Notes under the pieces: model-generated
Database searches by the model: none
The model's input: only the letters and a program-made list of their open reading frames with translations
Told to the model about the DNA's origin: nothing
In this document: positions 39,745 through 50,148 of the stretch, piece by piece
Position numbering within the stretch: position 1 is the first letter of the stretch
Layout of the letters: every line of letters starts with the position of its first letter
Made by a program: the position numbers and the translations under genes
From: Coleofasciculus sp. B1-GNL1-01
GTDB taxonomy: Bacteria; Cyanobacteriota; Cyanobacteriia; Cyanobacteriales; Coleofasciculaceae
Length of the DNA: 64,000 bases
Direction: 5' to 3' (one strand)
Assembly: GCA_040220235.1 (NCBI GenBank)
Contig: JAVJTO010000168.1

Positions 39745-39975
39745 CAAGACTTAGTCGCCATCAAACTCCTCACCTTTGATGCCGATTTTAATTGGGACGA
39801 TCTCAAACTGTTTGAGCGAGAAGCCGAAACCTTACAGTCACTCTCCCATCCCGCAATTCCGCGTTACTTAGACTCCTTTAAATTTCAAACATCCAAGACT
39901 AAAGGCTTTGCCTTGGTACAGAGTTATATCGAAGCGAAATCCTTAGCTGAATGGGTAAAATTGGGTCGCACTTTC
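39745..39975 (+). pseudogene. Ser/Thr kinase N-lobe remnant
   Basis: Translates QDLVAIKLLTFDADFNWDDLKLFEREA...EWVKLGRTF; close to 40519-40749; no start codon or C-lobe. Confidence 0.85.
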
Positions 39976-40092
39976 GTAGCACCGAAGAACATGTTAAGAA
40001 ATTTGGCTAGTGGATGAAATGTGCTGTCGCGATTGCTATCAGAGAAGAAAAATCAAAACTTTCCGGAAAACTCGGTAGCCAGTCTGTCAGAT

Positions 40093-40199
40093 ATAGCAGC
40101 TACTTTGGCAGGGAGAGGACATTCTGTACTGTTGCCTGTTGCCTGTTGCCTATTGGGATAAACTAAACTGATGTCCTAACCTATCCCCGTAGTGCTATA
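40093..40199. mobile_element. MITE inserted at a TA in the kinase upstream element
   Basis: TATAGC...GCTATA ends; the paralogous region near 43537 is the empty site. Confidence 0.75.
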
Positions 40200-40422
40200 A
40201 CGCATTTCACCAGTTGTCAACCCGTTAACATCTGTGGCTACACCAACCCAATTCATCGGTGCGGACAACCAGAAAAGACGTAGAGACGTTCCGCTGGAAC
40301 GTCTCTACAAAATGGAATAGTCAGTAACAAATGTTACCATGTTCCCAAAATTTCATTCAGTATTTTCAGCAAACAGTCAATCTTAATTAGTAATTGAAAG
40401 ACACAACAGCTTAGGGGAAAAC

Positions 40423-41766
40423 ATGGTGGAGCAAGTTTTAAAAGAACGTTATCAAATCCAGAAACAGCTTGGTCAAAATGGCGGACGACAAACCTTACTA
40501 GCGCGGGACTTACAAACCCAAGAATTAGTTGCTATCAAGATTCTCACCTTTGGGGCAGATTTTCATTGGGACGATCTCAAACTGTTTGAGCGAGAAGCCC
40601 AAACCTTACAATCCCTCTCCCATCGGGCTATTCCACATTACTTAGACTCCTTTAAATTTCAAACATCCCAGACGAAAGGCTTTGCCTTGGTACAGAGTTA
40701 TATCGAAGCGAAATCCTTAGCTGAATGGGTAAAATTGGGTCGCACTTTTAACGAAGATGACATCAAGCATATAGCTAAAGCGTTGCTGGAAATATTGATG
40801 TATTTACACGCACAGCATCCGCCAGTGATTCATCGGGATATTAAGCCGAGTAATATTCTATTGGCAAACCGCTCAGGTAACAGTGTCGGTCAAGTTTATT
40901 TAGTTGATTTTGGTTCAGTTCAGACCTTAGCCGCAACCGAAGGTAGCACGATTACAGTTGTGGGAACTTATGGGTATATGCCGCCAGAACAATTTGGTGG
41001 ACGTGCGGTTCCGGCGTCTGATCTCTACAGCTTAGGTGCCATGTTAATTTACTTAGTAACCGGGATGCATCCTGCTGATTTACCCCAGGAGGATCTGCGA
41101 ATTCAGTTTGAACCAAAAATTCCTCTCGATTCAGCTTTTGTTGACTGGTTGAAGCGGATGACTGAACCGGATTTAAATAGGCGTTTAACTTCTGCTAATC
41201 AAGGGTTAAAATCACTTAAAAAACAGAATCATAGGACACCAATAATTGTGACAAAACCGACTTGGAGTCAAGTAAAAATTAACAATAATAAAACTAGCAT
41301 AGAAGTTATAATTCCTGACCATAATACTTTAGAAAAGTATACAACTATTGGCTTGATTTGGATAATGTTAATCAATTATTTTGGGCGTCAATTTTATTTA
41401 TTTTTTAACAATTTTAGTTTGATATTAAATGAATCCATTAACGTCTTTTTTCAGGGAAAGTTACTGATATCATTTATACATATTCTGTTTATAATTATTT
41501 TTTGCATAACACCATTGATAATAGTTATAAAAACTTTTACAAAATCTACCATACTGCGGATTGATCAACATAAAATATCACTTAATAAGCGACGAAAAAG
41601 TCCCAGAAAAGCTATTTTAAAATTAGGATTTTTCCAACAGTACGATACAGACTGGCGTGTTCGTCGCAACATTCGGATTTGGGCAGGAACACGGCAATAT
41701 AACCTTCCTACCGAACACCTTACTGATAAGGAGATTGATTGGATAGCTCATGAACTCAGCGAATAG
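40423..41766 (+). CDS. Membrane Ser/Thr protein kinase (copy 1; slightly early TAG)
   Basis: VAIK, HRDIKPSN, DFG, GTYGYMPPEQ; 2 TM segments; AHELSE-TAG-LDLPII where the paralog reads AHEISEW. Confidence 0.9.
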   Translation: MVEQVLKERYQIQKQLGQNGGRQTLLARDLQTQELVAIKILTFGADFHWDDLKLFEREAQTLQSLSHRAIPHYLDSFKFQTSQTKGFALVQSYIEAKSLAEWVKLGRTFNEDDIKHIAKALLEILMYLHAQHPPVIHRDIKPSNILLANRSGNSVGQVYLVDFGSVQTLAATEGSTITVVGTYGYMPPEQFGGRAVPASDLYSLGAMLIYLVTGMHPADLPQEDLRIQFEPKIPLDSAFVDWLKRMTEPDLNRRLTSANQGLKSLKKQNHRTPIIVTKPTWSQVKINNNKTSIEVIIPDHNTLEKYTTIGLIWIMLINYFGRQFYLFFNNFSLILNESINVFFQGKLLISFIHILFIIIFCITPLIIVIKTFTKSTILRIDQHKISLNKRRKSPRKAILKLGFFQQYDTDWRVRRNIRIWAGTRQYNLPTEHLTDKEIDWIAHELSE

Positions 41767-41842
41767 TTAGATTTGCCCATTATCAATAAAAATAATTAGA
41801 ACTCAATAATTAACTAACATAAAATTAATAGGATTATTAAAA

Positions 41843-43264
41843 ATGAAAAATAAAGTTTTAAAAGGACGTTATCTTATTCAGGAACAGTTGACTAAAAATG
41901 CCGGACGACACACCTGGCTGGCACAGGACTTACAAACTCAAGACTTAGTTGTGATAAAATTGTTGATTTTTGAATCAGACTTTCAATGGGATGATTTGAA
42001 GCTGTTTGAACGAGAAGCGCAAACGTTACAACGTCTTTCCCATCCGGCAATTCCCCATTACCTAGATTATTTTGATCTAGACACCTCAATCGGTAAAGGA
42101 TTTGCTTTGGTGCAAAGCTATATCCCAGCTAAATCCTTAGAACAATGGTTAAAGAATGGACGAACATTTAGCGAAGAAGACGTTAAGCAACTGGCTCAAG
42201 CACTGCTGGAAATTTTGCGCTACTTGCATGAGCAACAGCCACCAGTCATTCACCGAGATATCAAGCCCAGTAATATTTTATTGACCAACCGATCAGGTAA
42301 CAGTATCGGTCAAGTTTATTTAGTTGATTTTGGCTCAGTACAAACCCTAGCGGCAAAACAAGGTAGCACGATTACGGTTGTAGGAACTTATGGATATATG
42401 CCACCTGAACAATTTGGTGGACGAACGGTTCCTGCTTCTGATCTTTATAGTTTGGGTGCAACCTTAATTTATTTAGTATCAGGGAGGAATCCATCTGAAT
42501 TACCTCAGGAAAATTTGCGACTTCAGTTTGAATTATCTGTTAATATCAGTTCAGATTTGATTGATTGGTTGAAGTGGATGACACAACCGAGTCTAAATCG
42601 GCGTCTGGCATCGGCTGGGGAAGCGATGAAAGCCTTGGATCAGCCTCGTCAGCAAACCTATATCCCGGCGGTTAGACGCCAACCATTCGGGAGTAGGATT
42701 CAAGTCAAAAAAGATGGGGAAAGTGTAGATATTTTTATCCCACCGCCACGATCAATTTTTAGAGGCAAATTCTGGACATATTTTCTCTTGATATTGTTGT
42801 TTTCACTCCCGTGCTTTATTGTTGCATTTTTTATTGCATTTGGGTTATTTGACTTGGCTAAAGACAATATTTTACTATCTTCATTTCTACTATTCTTTTC
42901 TCTATTTTTTACAGGTGTTTTAATCGCTATCTATATGTCGTTTGGAAATTTTTTAAATTTGTTCCGAACAACTCGATTAACTCTCAACAACCAACAAATT
43001 ACATTGACTTATGAGTACCCCTGGTTAAAAAGCTATAAACCTCCGATCAGGAAGAATAATATTCGCCAACTGCACTATACCAATCGTTATCAAGCAATTA
43101 CAATAATTGCTAAACAACAGAACCATGTACTCACTTATGTACTATCTGCCAATATTGAGGGACTTGTAGAGCCAGAAATGGAGTGGTTAGCCCACGAAAT
43201 CAGCGAATGGTCGGGTGTGCCGATTACTGATGAATACGTGCGTCACCAGTCACAGATACGCTAA
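41843..43264 (+). CDS. Membrane Ser/Thr protein kinase (copy 2)
   Basis: VVIK, HRDIKPSN, DFG, GTYGYMPPEQ; 2 TM segments; C-terminal EMEWLAHEISEW. Confidence 0.92.
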   Translation: MKNKVLKGRYLIQEQLTKNAGRHTWLAQDLQTQDLVVIKLLIFESDFQWDDLKLFEREAQTLQRLSHPAIPHYLDYFDLDTSIGKGFALVQSYIPAKSLEQWLKNGRTFSEEDVKQLAQALLEILRYLHEQQPPVIHRDIKPSNILLTNRSGNSIGQVYLVDFGSVQTLAAKQGSTITVVGTYGYMPPEQFGGRTVPASDLYSLGATLIYLVSGRNPSELPQENLRLQFELSVNISSDLIDWLKWMTQPSLNRRLASAGEAMKALDQPRQQTYIPAVRRQPFGSRIQVKKDGESVDIFIPPPRSIFRGKFWTYFLLILLFSLPCFIVAFFIAFGLFDLAKDNILLSSFLLFFSLFFTGVLIAIYMSFGNFLNLFRTTRLTLNNQQITLTYEYPWLKSYKPPIRKNNIRQLHYTNRYQAITIIAKQQNHVLTYVLSANIEGLVEPEMEWLAHEISEWSGVPITDEYVRHQSQIR

Positions 43265-43750
43265 AACGCTTAGCTACTAACCGACAACCTTTACGACAAT
43301 AGCGACTCCACCTGAAGCGAGAACCTTCCTGCTTTTAGATAGACAGGTATATTCCAGACATAATAAGAATGTTCGATATTAACATTTCTGTGCCAGCAAT
43401 AGTGCTACCTAACTTCAAGCGTAGCACCGAAGAAGATGTTAAGAAATTTGGCTAGTGGATGAAATGTGCTGTCGCGATCGCTATCCTAGAAGAAAAATCA
43501 AAACTTTCCGGAAAACTCGGTAGTCAGTCTGTCGGATAACCGATTTCACCAGTTACCAATCCGTTAAAACCTGCTGCAAGTCCTCTGTACAGACACAAGG
43601 CGTAGAGATGTGAAGGTGGAACGTCTCTGCAAAAGGGAATATTGAGTAACGAGTGCTACCTTAGGTGGGAAATAATTACTGGACTGATGATCTCGGCAAA
43701 CAGTGAATCTGAGTCAGTAGTTTAAAGGCACAACAGCTTAGGGTAAAAAT

Positions 43751-45337
43751 ATGGGGAAGCAAGTCTTAAAAAAACGTTACCAAATCCAGAAACCGCTCGG
43801 TAAAAATGGTGGACGACGCACGCTGCTGGCGCGGGACTTACAAACCCAGGAATTAGTCGCCATAAAACTCTTGGTCTGTGGTGCAGACTTTCAATGGGAT
43901 GATCTAAAACTGTTTGAGCGAGAAGCCCAAACCTTACAATCACTCTCCCATCCAGCAATTCCGCGTTACTTAGACTACTTTAAATTCCAGACATCCAAGA
44001 CTAAAGGATTTGCATTAGTACAGAGCTATATCAAAGCGAAGTCTTTAGAAGAATGGGTGAAATTGGGTCGCACTTTTAACCAAGCGGAAATCAAGCAGAT
44101 CGCTAAAGCATTACTCGAAATCTTGATGTATTTACACACACAGCATCCACCAGTAATTCATCGGGATATTCAGCCGAGTAATATTCTCTTGGTAAACCGC
44201 TCAGGCAACAGTGTTGGTCAAGTGTATTTAGTTAATTTTGGCTCAGTTCAAACCTTAGCCGCAACAGAAGGTAGTACGATTAGGATTGTGAGAACCTATG
44301 GGTATATGCCGCCGGAACAATTTGATGGACAAGTTGTTCCGACGTCTGATCTCTACAGTTTAGGTGCAACATTAATTTACTTAGTAACTGGGATGCATCC
44401 CGCTGATTTACCTCAGCAGGACTGGCGAATTCAGTTGAAATCAAAAAATTATCTCGATTCAGCTTTTGTTGATTGGTTGAAGTGGATGACTGAACCGGAT
44501 TTAAACAATCGTTTAACTTCTGCTAAACAATCATTTAAACTCCTGAAACAACTGCTCTTAATCGAAGAAATATACTCGGTTACCAAAAATATTGGTGTAA
44601 GTAAAATTAGAATCAATAATTATCGGGATAAATTGGAATTTATATTTTCTGATTTTTCTGGATTAGAAAAAATGTTGAGGTATCTATGCATGGGATTGTT
44701 GTTTATATTTATTATAGTAAATTTTTCAGTTCTTAAAGCTGGCGTATTCATGATAATCAATGTGTTTAATTGGTTGTTTTACGGTAAGTTTTTTATGAGT
44801 CTACTTAATGGCTTGATAGGTATTTTCATAGTGAGCTTTTCTTTCCTTATAATAGGAGGAATTATTAAGCTTTTCCCCAAATCTACCCGACTGCGGATTG
44901 ATCCATACAAAATCTCGCTTAATCATCTACCCCCAAGTCCAAGGAGAGCTATTTGGAAATTAGAATTTTCACAGTATTCCGATACAGACTCGTGTATTCG
45001 TCACAACATTCAAATTCGGGCAGGAAGACAGGTATATAAACTTCCTACTGAGGCTCTTACTGAGCGCGAAGTTAATTGGATTGTATCTGAAATCAGCAAT
45101 TTATTAGAGTTAATTATCACGAAATACGGAAACGATGTGAAGGTTATGGTATCGCCAAAACACTTAAAGTTTGGTGGCAAATTATGGATATCGATAGGAA
45201 CATATTTTTTCTTAGGATCACTTTTTTTATTTATGATTGCTACAGTGATAATTTTTATTTCAGCTAAAACCTTTGACAAAACTTTTGGTAATTTTATTGA
45301 ACTAATATTTTTCCTTCTTAAAGCAGTGTTCTGCTAA
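43751..45337 (+). CDS. Membrane Ser/Thr kinase-like protein, probable pseudokinase (copy 3)
   Basis: HRDIQPSN and NFG replace HRDIKPSN and DFG; extra C-terminal TM segment. Confidence 0.85.
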   Translation: MGKQVLKKRYQIQKPLGKNGGRRTLLARDLQTQELVAIKLLVCGADFQWDDLKLFEREAQTLQSLSHPAIPRYLDYFKFQTSKTKGFALVQSYIKAKSLEEWVKLGRTFNQAEIKQIAKALLEILMYLHTQHPPVIHRDIQPSNILLVNRSGNSVGQVYLVNFGSVQTLAATEGSTIRIVRTYGYMPPEQFDGQVVPTSDLYSLGATLIYLVTGMHPADLPQQDWRIQLKSKNYLDSAFVDWLKWMTEPDLNNRLTSAKQSFKLLKQLLLIEEIYSVTKNIGVSKIRINNYRDKLEFIFSDFSGLEKMLRYLCMGLLFIFIIVNFSVLKAGVFMIINVFNWLFYGKFFMSLLNGLIGIFIVSFSFLIIGGIIKLFPKSTRLRIDPYKISLNHLPPSPRRAIWKLEFSQYSDTDSCIRHNIQIRAGRQVYKLPTEALTEREVNWIVSEISNLLELIITKYGNDVKVMVSPKHLKFGGKLWISIGTYFFLGSLFLFMIATVIIFISAKTFDKTFGNFIELIFFLLKAVFC

Positions 45338-45429
45338 ATGGATGTGCGGGAGTTAAAGTGATAATAAAGGGGCTTCCGTACTAGAATAAAAGCATTTTAA
45401 TGCACTAAAGTGCTTACTACAAACAGTGC

Positions 45430-45532
45430 AATCACACCGTACATAAGCCAAGGTGACATGACCATCTTCAGCCATCCCAGCAAAGCCTAGAATTCCGCGA
45501 ATATCCGATTCTTGAGCTATCCGAATAGTCAT
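45430..45532 (-). pseudogene. GNAT acetyltransferase remnant with internal deletion
   Basis: MTIRIAQESDI joined directly to GILGFAGMAEDGHVTLAYVR. Confidence 0.45.
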
Positions 45533-45953
45533 GGTGAGTCGTCTAGGATTTAAATTTTGTCGTAGAAGTCCCTGATCATCCATACCAAGTTGTGTTCTAA
45601 CGTGTCTAGGAAGAGGGAAGCGTGAAGCTTTCGCTATAGCGTTAGCGAGGAACAAGCGTCAGAACTTTTCGTCAGAATCTCACCCGATGCTTCGCTACTG
45701 CTCCTTCGCTTTGCTGAGGACTCCGCGAACCATGACAGATTACCTCTCATTGCCAACAACCGGGAAAACTGGGGAAATTTTAAAACTTTCGGTCAATGTC
45801 GTAGCTACTGACCCCTTTACCGTTACAATAACCTACTGCGGTCAGTCATCGCGATTGTCCGGCGATAGCCCTGTTGTGTAGTTGATAAGCTGTCCTATAT
45901 TAATTTACAGTAAGGCGCAATCGGTGTAACTCATTTCAACCCTTCTACTGGTA

Positions 45954-47537
45954 ATGTCTAAAGTACTTGTATCCGATCCCATCGATCAAGCTGGAATTGA
46001 TATCCTCTCCCAAGTGGCTCAGGTTGACGTGAAAACCACTCTATCGCCTGAGCAACTCGTTGACATCATCCCTGACTATGATGCCATGATGATTCGCTCT
46101 GGCACTCGTGTGACCAAAGAAATCATCGAAGCGGGTAAACAACTCAAGATTATTGGACGTGCGGGAGTTGGCGTTGATAACGTTGATGTCCCCGCCGCTA
46201 CCCGTCAGGGTATTGTCGTGGTTAACTCCCCCGAAGGCAATACTATTGCAGCGGCTGAACACGCTTTAGCGATGATGCTGTCTCTATCACGTCATATCCC
46301 AGAAGCCAATCAGTCGGTGAAAAATAGTCAATGGGATCGCAAGCGCTTTCTCGGTGCCGAGGTTTACAAAAAAACTATCGGTATTGTAGGCTTGGGTAAA
46401 ATTGGCTCCCATGTGGCGACCGTTGCCCGTTCTATGGGGATGAAGTTACTCGCGTATGATCCCTTTATTTCCTTGGAACGTGCGGATCAGCTTGGCTGTC
46501 GTCTGGTGGATATGGATTTGTTGTTTCGGGAGGCAGATTACATCACCCTACATATTCCCAAAACCCCGGAAACCACGCATCTGATTAATGCTGAAGCCTT
46601 GGCGAAAATGAAACCGACGGCTCGAATTATCAATTGCTCTAGAGGTGGAGTCATTGATGAGGCGGCACTTTCGGAAGCGTTAAAGGCAGGTAAAATAGCT
46701 GGGGCAGCACTGGATGTATTTGAGTCAGAACCCCTGGGAGAATCTCCCCTACGTGAACTGGGTAAGGAAGTGATCCTTACGCCTCACCTGGGTGCGTCAA
46801 CCGCAGAAGCCCAAGTTAATGTTGCCATTGATGTGGCTGAACAAATTCGCGATGTCCTCTTAGGATTACCGGCTCGTTCAGCCGTGAATATTCCCGGACT
46901 ATCGTCGAATGTGCTAGAACAGCTCAAACCCTACATGCGGTTGGCAGAAACCCTGGGTAATTTGGTCAGTCAGTTAGCAGGTGGGCGAATTGAACAGCTA
47001 AATGTCCGGTTACAAGGGGAGTTAGCCACGAATAATAGTCAGCCATTAGTTGTCGCCTCCCTCAAAGGATTACTATCTCAAGCCTTGCGTGAGCGGGTCA
47101 ACTACGTCAATGCTTCAATTGAGGCAAAAGAACGGGGGATTCGAGTCATTGAAACCCGCGATGCTTCGGTTCAGGATTATTCGGGCGGTTCGCTGCTGCT
47201 ATCGGCAAAGGGTTCCTTGGGTGAACATTCGGTGACGGGAGCGCTACTCAGCGATGGTGAAATTCACATCACCAGTATTGACGAATTTCCGATTAATGTA
47301 CCACCGAGTCACCACATGCTCTTTACCCTGCACCGCGATATGCCGGGAATTATTGGTAAAATTGGGTCGCTACTGGGTAGTTTTAATGTCAATATTGCCA
47401 GTATGCAGGTCGGTCGCAAAATTGTGCGAGGGGATGCTGTAATGGTCTTGAGCATTGATGATCCCCTACCGGAAGGAATTTTGACCGAAATTACCAAAGT
47501 TCCTGGTATTCGGGACGCTTATACGGTAACACTGTAG
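45954..47537 (+). CDS. serA: D-3-phosphoglycerate dehydrogenase
   Basis: GRAGVGVDNVD, GLGKIG, TPHLGAST, C-terminal ACT domain DMPGIIG. Confidence 0.97.
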   Translation: MSKVLVSDPIDQAGIDILSQVAQVDVKTTLSPEQLVDIIPDYDAMMIRSGTRVTKEIIEAGKQLKIIGRAGVGVDNVDVPAATRQGIVVVNSPEGNTIAAAEHALAMMLSLSRHIPEANQSVKNSQWDRKRFLGAEVYKKTIGIVGLGKIGSHVATVARSMGMKLLAYDPFISLERADQLGCRLVDMDLLFREADYITLHIPKTPETTHLINAEALAKMKPTARIINCSRGGVIDEAALSEALKAGKIAGAALDVFESEPLGESPLRELGKEVILTPHLGASTAEAQVNVAIDVAEQIRDVLLGLPARSAVNIPGLSSNVLEQLKPYMRLAETLGNLVSQLAGGRIEQLNVRLQGELATNNSQPLVVASLKGLLSQALRERVNYVNASIEAKERGIRVIETRDASVQDYSGGSLLLSAKGSLGEHSVTGALLSDGEIHITSIDEFPINVPPSHHMLFTLHRDMPGIIGKIGSLLGSFNVNIASMQVGRKIVRGDAVMVLSIDDPLPEGILTEITKVPGIRDAYTVTL

Positions 47538-47668
47538 TCACGTCAATTTTGGATTTTGGGTTTTGGATTTTGGATGACTCAGACGGTAGAACAGCGATCC
47601 TGCGGTCTCTGTTGGTTTCCAACGACTCTCCCTCAATCTAAAATCTGAAATCTAAAATCTGAAATCGT

Positions 47669-48559
47669 ATGGCAAATAGCTGGTGGGAAATTAAAATTTT
47701 GGGCGATCCAGCCTTGGAGGATTTAATCTTCTGGCGACTGGATACTTTCGGCTGTCGGGGAATGTCTTGTGAAAGCAAAGGACACTCTCAATTGATCCGA
47801 GCGCACTTACCCCAAAATCAGGCACATTTGTTGGATTTGGCAGCACTTTCTTTATGGTTGCGTCAAGATGCGCTGACGGTAGGATTGCCACTCCCCTTAA
47901 CCCAGTGGCACTTAATTGATGAAGAAGACTGGGCAAGTAGTTGGAAACAGCATTGGCAACCCACAGAAATTGGCGATTGCTTTTTGATTTACCCGGCTTG
48001 GTTATCTGTACCCCAACAAACCGATCGCCTGCTGTTGCGTCTCGATCCGGGTGCAGCATTTGGTACGGGAACCCATCCCACCACGCATCTGTGCCTAGAA
48101 GCCCTGGAAATGCGAATTGGTTATGATAATAGCCACCCCATTATTGCGGATATTGGGTGTGGATCGGGTATTTTATCCATTGCCTCTGTGTTATTGGGGG
48201 CAAAAAAAGTCTTGGGGGTAGATATTGATCCCCTAGCAGTGCGCTCTGCCCGCAGTAACCGAGAATTGAATCAGATTAGTGCCGATCGCTTTGTGGTGAA
48301 GAAAGGTAGTGTTGAGCTATTATCTCATCTTTTGGGGGAGAAAAAGGTTGATGGTATTCTCTGCAATATCCTGGCAGAAGTGATTATTGACCTGATTCCT
48401 GGAATCAGTGCGATCGCCAGTCCCCACAGTTGGGGAATTATTAGCGGAATATTGTTGGATCAGGCTAAACCTATTGCTGATACCCTAGAACAACATAACT
48501 GGACAGTAGCGACTCTCTGGAAACGCCAAGAGTGGTGTTGTTTTAATATTCGACGATAG
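47669..48559 (+). CDS. prmA: Ribosomal protein L11 methyltransferase
   Basis: [38 protein letters not shown]. Confidence 0.95.
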   Translation: MANSWWEIKILGDPALEDLIFWRLDTFGCRGMSCESKGHSQLIRAHLPQNQAHLLDLAALSLWLRQDALTVGLPLPLTQWHLIDEEDWASSWKQHWQPTEIGDCFLIYPAWLSVPQQTDRLLLRLDPGAAFGTGTHPTTHLCLEALEMRIGYDNSHPIIADIGCGSGILSIASVLLGAKKVLGVDIDPLAVRSARSNRELNQISADRFVVKKGSVELLSHLLGEKKVDGILCNILAEVIIDLIPGISAIASPHSWGIISGILLDQAKPIADTLEQHNWTVATLWKRQEWCCFNIRR

Positions 48560-48636
48560 ATGATTAGGAGTGCTGCATCATCAATACCTACAGTAGAACG
48601 CCTATAATTGACCCGTTCAGCGTAAATGAATTTTCT

Positions 48637-49089
48637 ATGATGAATGCCTTTGCCGCTCGTTTTGGCTTTGCTCTGCTTGTTCCTACAACCTTTTTGACAG
48701 TGGGCTTAACGGCGGCGGCTGTGAGAGCGCAAAATCAACTGTATAATCCGATTCCGATTCCTGAGCGTAATCAAGTTTCTGATACCCTCACTGACCAAGA
48801 TATTCCCACGGGAGAGGGGGGGTTTGCCCGGGACTACACGATAGAATTGAGTGCTGGCGATCAAGTGGCTATTGATTTAATTTCAGATAGCTTCGATACA
48901 ATTGTTACGCTCCTAGCCTCTGATGGCTCGACGATTGCCGAAAATGATGATGGTCCCGATGGTACGACGAATTCGTTGCTATTTTCCCGGATTACTGAAA
49001 CCGGAACCTATATTATTCGGGTGCGTGCTTTTGGAGAAACGGGAGGGGGTCCTTTTACCTTGAAGGTGACACGTTTGCGACCAATTTGA
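48637..49089 (+). CDS. Secreted PPC (pre-peptidase C-terminal) domain protein
   Basis: Signal peptide; FDT.VTL, AENDDG, GTYIIRV. Confidence 0.8.
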   Translation: MMNAFAARFGFALLVPTTFLTVGLTAAAVRAQNQLYNPIPIPERNQVSDTLTDQDIPTGEGGFARDYTIELSAGDQVAIDLISDSFDTIVTLLASDGSTIAENDDGPDGTTNSLLFSRITETGTYIIRVRAFGETGGGPFTLKVTRLRPI

Positions 49090-49159
49090 ATTATGAAATG
49101 CTAGAGGTTCAAATCCTTGACTGAATTATAGAGACGCGCCATGGCGTGTCTCTACAAGG

Positions 49160-49792
49160 TTATTGACAAAAATCACGAATTGACTGCCAAATTTCGGCTT
49201 TTACGCCACTTAACGAATGATCACTATTGAGTGGAATAATCTGCACCCAAGACCGTTCCTTGGCATAGATTAGGCTTTCATTAATGGGAATCACGTCATC
49301 ATGCTGCCCATGCAAAATCAGAGTAGGAAGAGGTCGTTTCAATCGGTGAGTTTGTTCATACTAACGGATATCTTCCACAAATTTATAAGAAAGGGGTAGT
49401 TCTTTCTGTTCGCCATAGTGATAAATAGGACGATATCCTTCAACTTGCCATTGATGCCGTGTTTCTTCTCCCAGAGTAGATAGCCAATGAGAGAGAAATC
49501 CAAAGGCTGGCGCTAGCAGAATCAACCTCTGGATAAACGTGTGATATTCCCCTAACCAAGCCGCCGTAAGTCCGCCTAAACTCGAACCGATTACTGTGAT
49601 TGGGGTGGGCGTTGACAAACACTCCGCCTGAATTTGCTGAATCTGACGGGTAAGTGTCAGATGAGAAAAGTCACCCTGGTTCAAATCGGGAACTAACAGA
49701 GACACTCCTAACTCCGCAAAGCGATCGCGTAAATAAACAGCCTTTGCTGATCCCGGACTGGACGCCAAACCGTGTAAGTAAATATACCTCAA
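49160..49792 (-). pseudogene. YqiA/YcfP-family esterase interrupted by one in-frame TAG (49361-49363)
   Basis: YLHGLASS, GSSLGG, then DIR-TAG-YEQTHR-LKRPLPTLILHG..DDVIP..SDH in the same frame. Confidence 0.8.
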
Positions 49793-50148
49793 AACTATTT
49801 TCCCCTACGGCTTCTCATTTACCAATACCGCTTTGAAACCTTTAAAACGTGTACTTATGTTAAATAAAATTAAGACATATTGCTTTTTCTCATAAACTTA
49901 ACGAAAAGTTTGATATGTTCATAATCTATCCTCAAAATAAACACCGAAAACATGAAAGTTTCACAAAGTTCAAAACATTTAGGTCAATCGGTCGCTCTAG
50001 GCATCCTCCTAGTCCTCACGACTTTGAGCATTTTTATCTTGATGATGATGCAGACTGGAGTTTAGTGGTGATGTATCACTGAGAACTTAGCACCAATACA
50101 GTAGGGGCACGACATGTCGTGCCCCTACTGGTTGATTGAGATTTGTCA

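Noticed and set aside
39745..45337. Diversity-generating retroelement acting on the kinase array
   Set aside because: No reverse transcriptase in the window, and the duplicated segment is the conserved N-lobe rather than an adenine-variable C-terminal repeat
41764..49363. Programmed amber read-through for the TAG codons in kinase 1 and the esterase
   Set aside because: No pyl genes or suppressor tRNA in the window; both are single transitions from TGG or CAG, and TAG is used as a normal stop elsewhere
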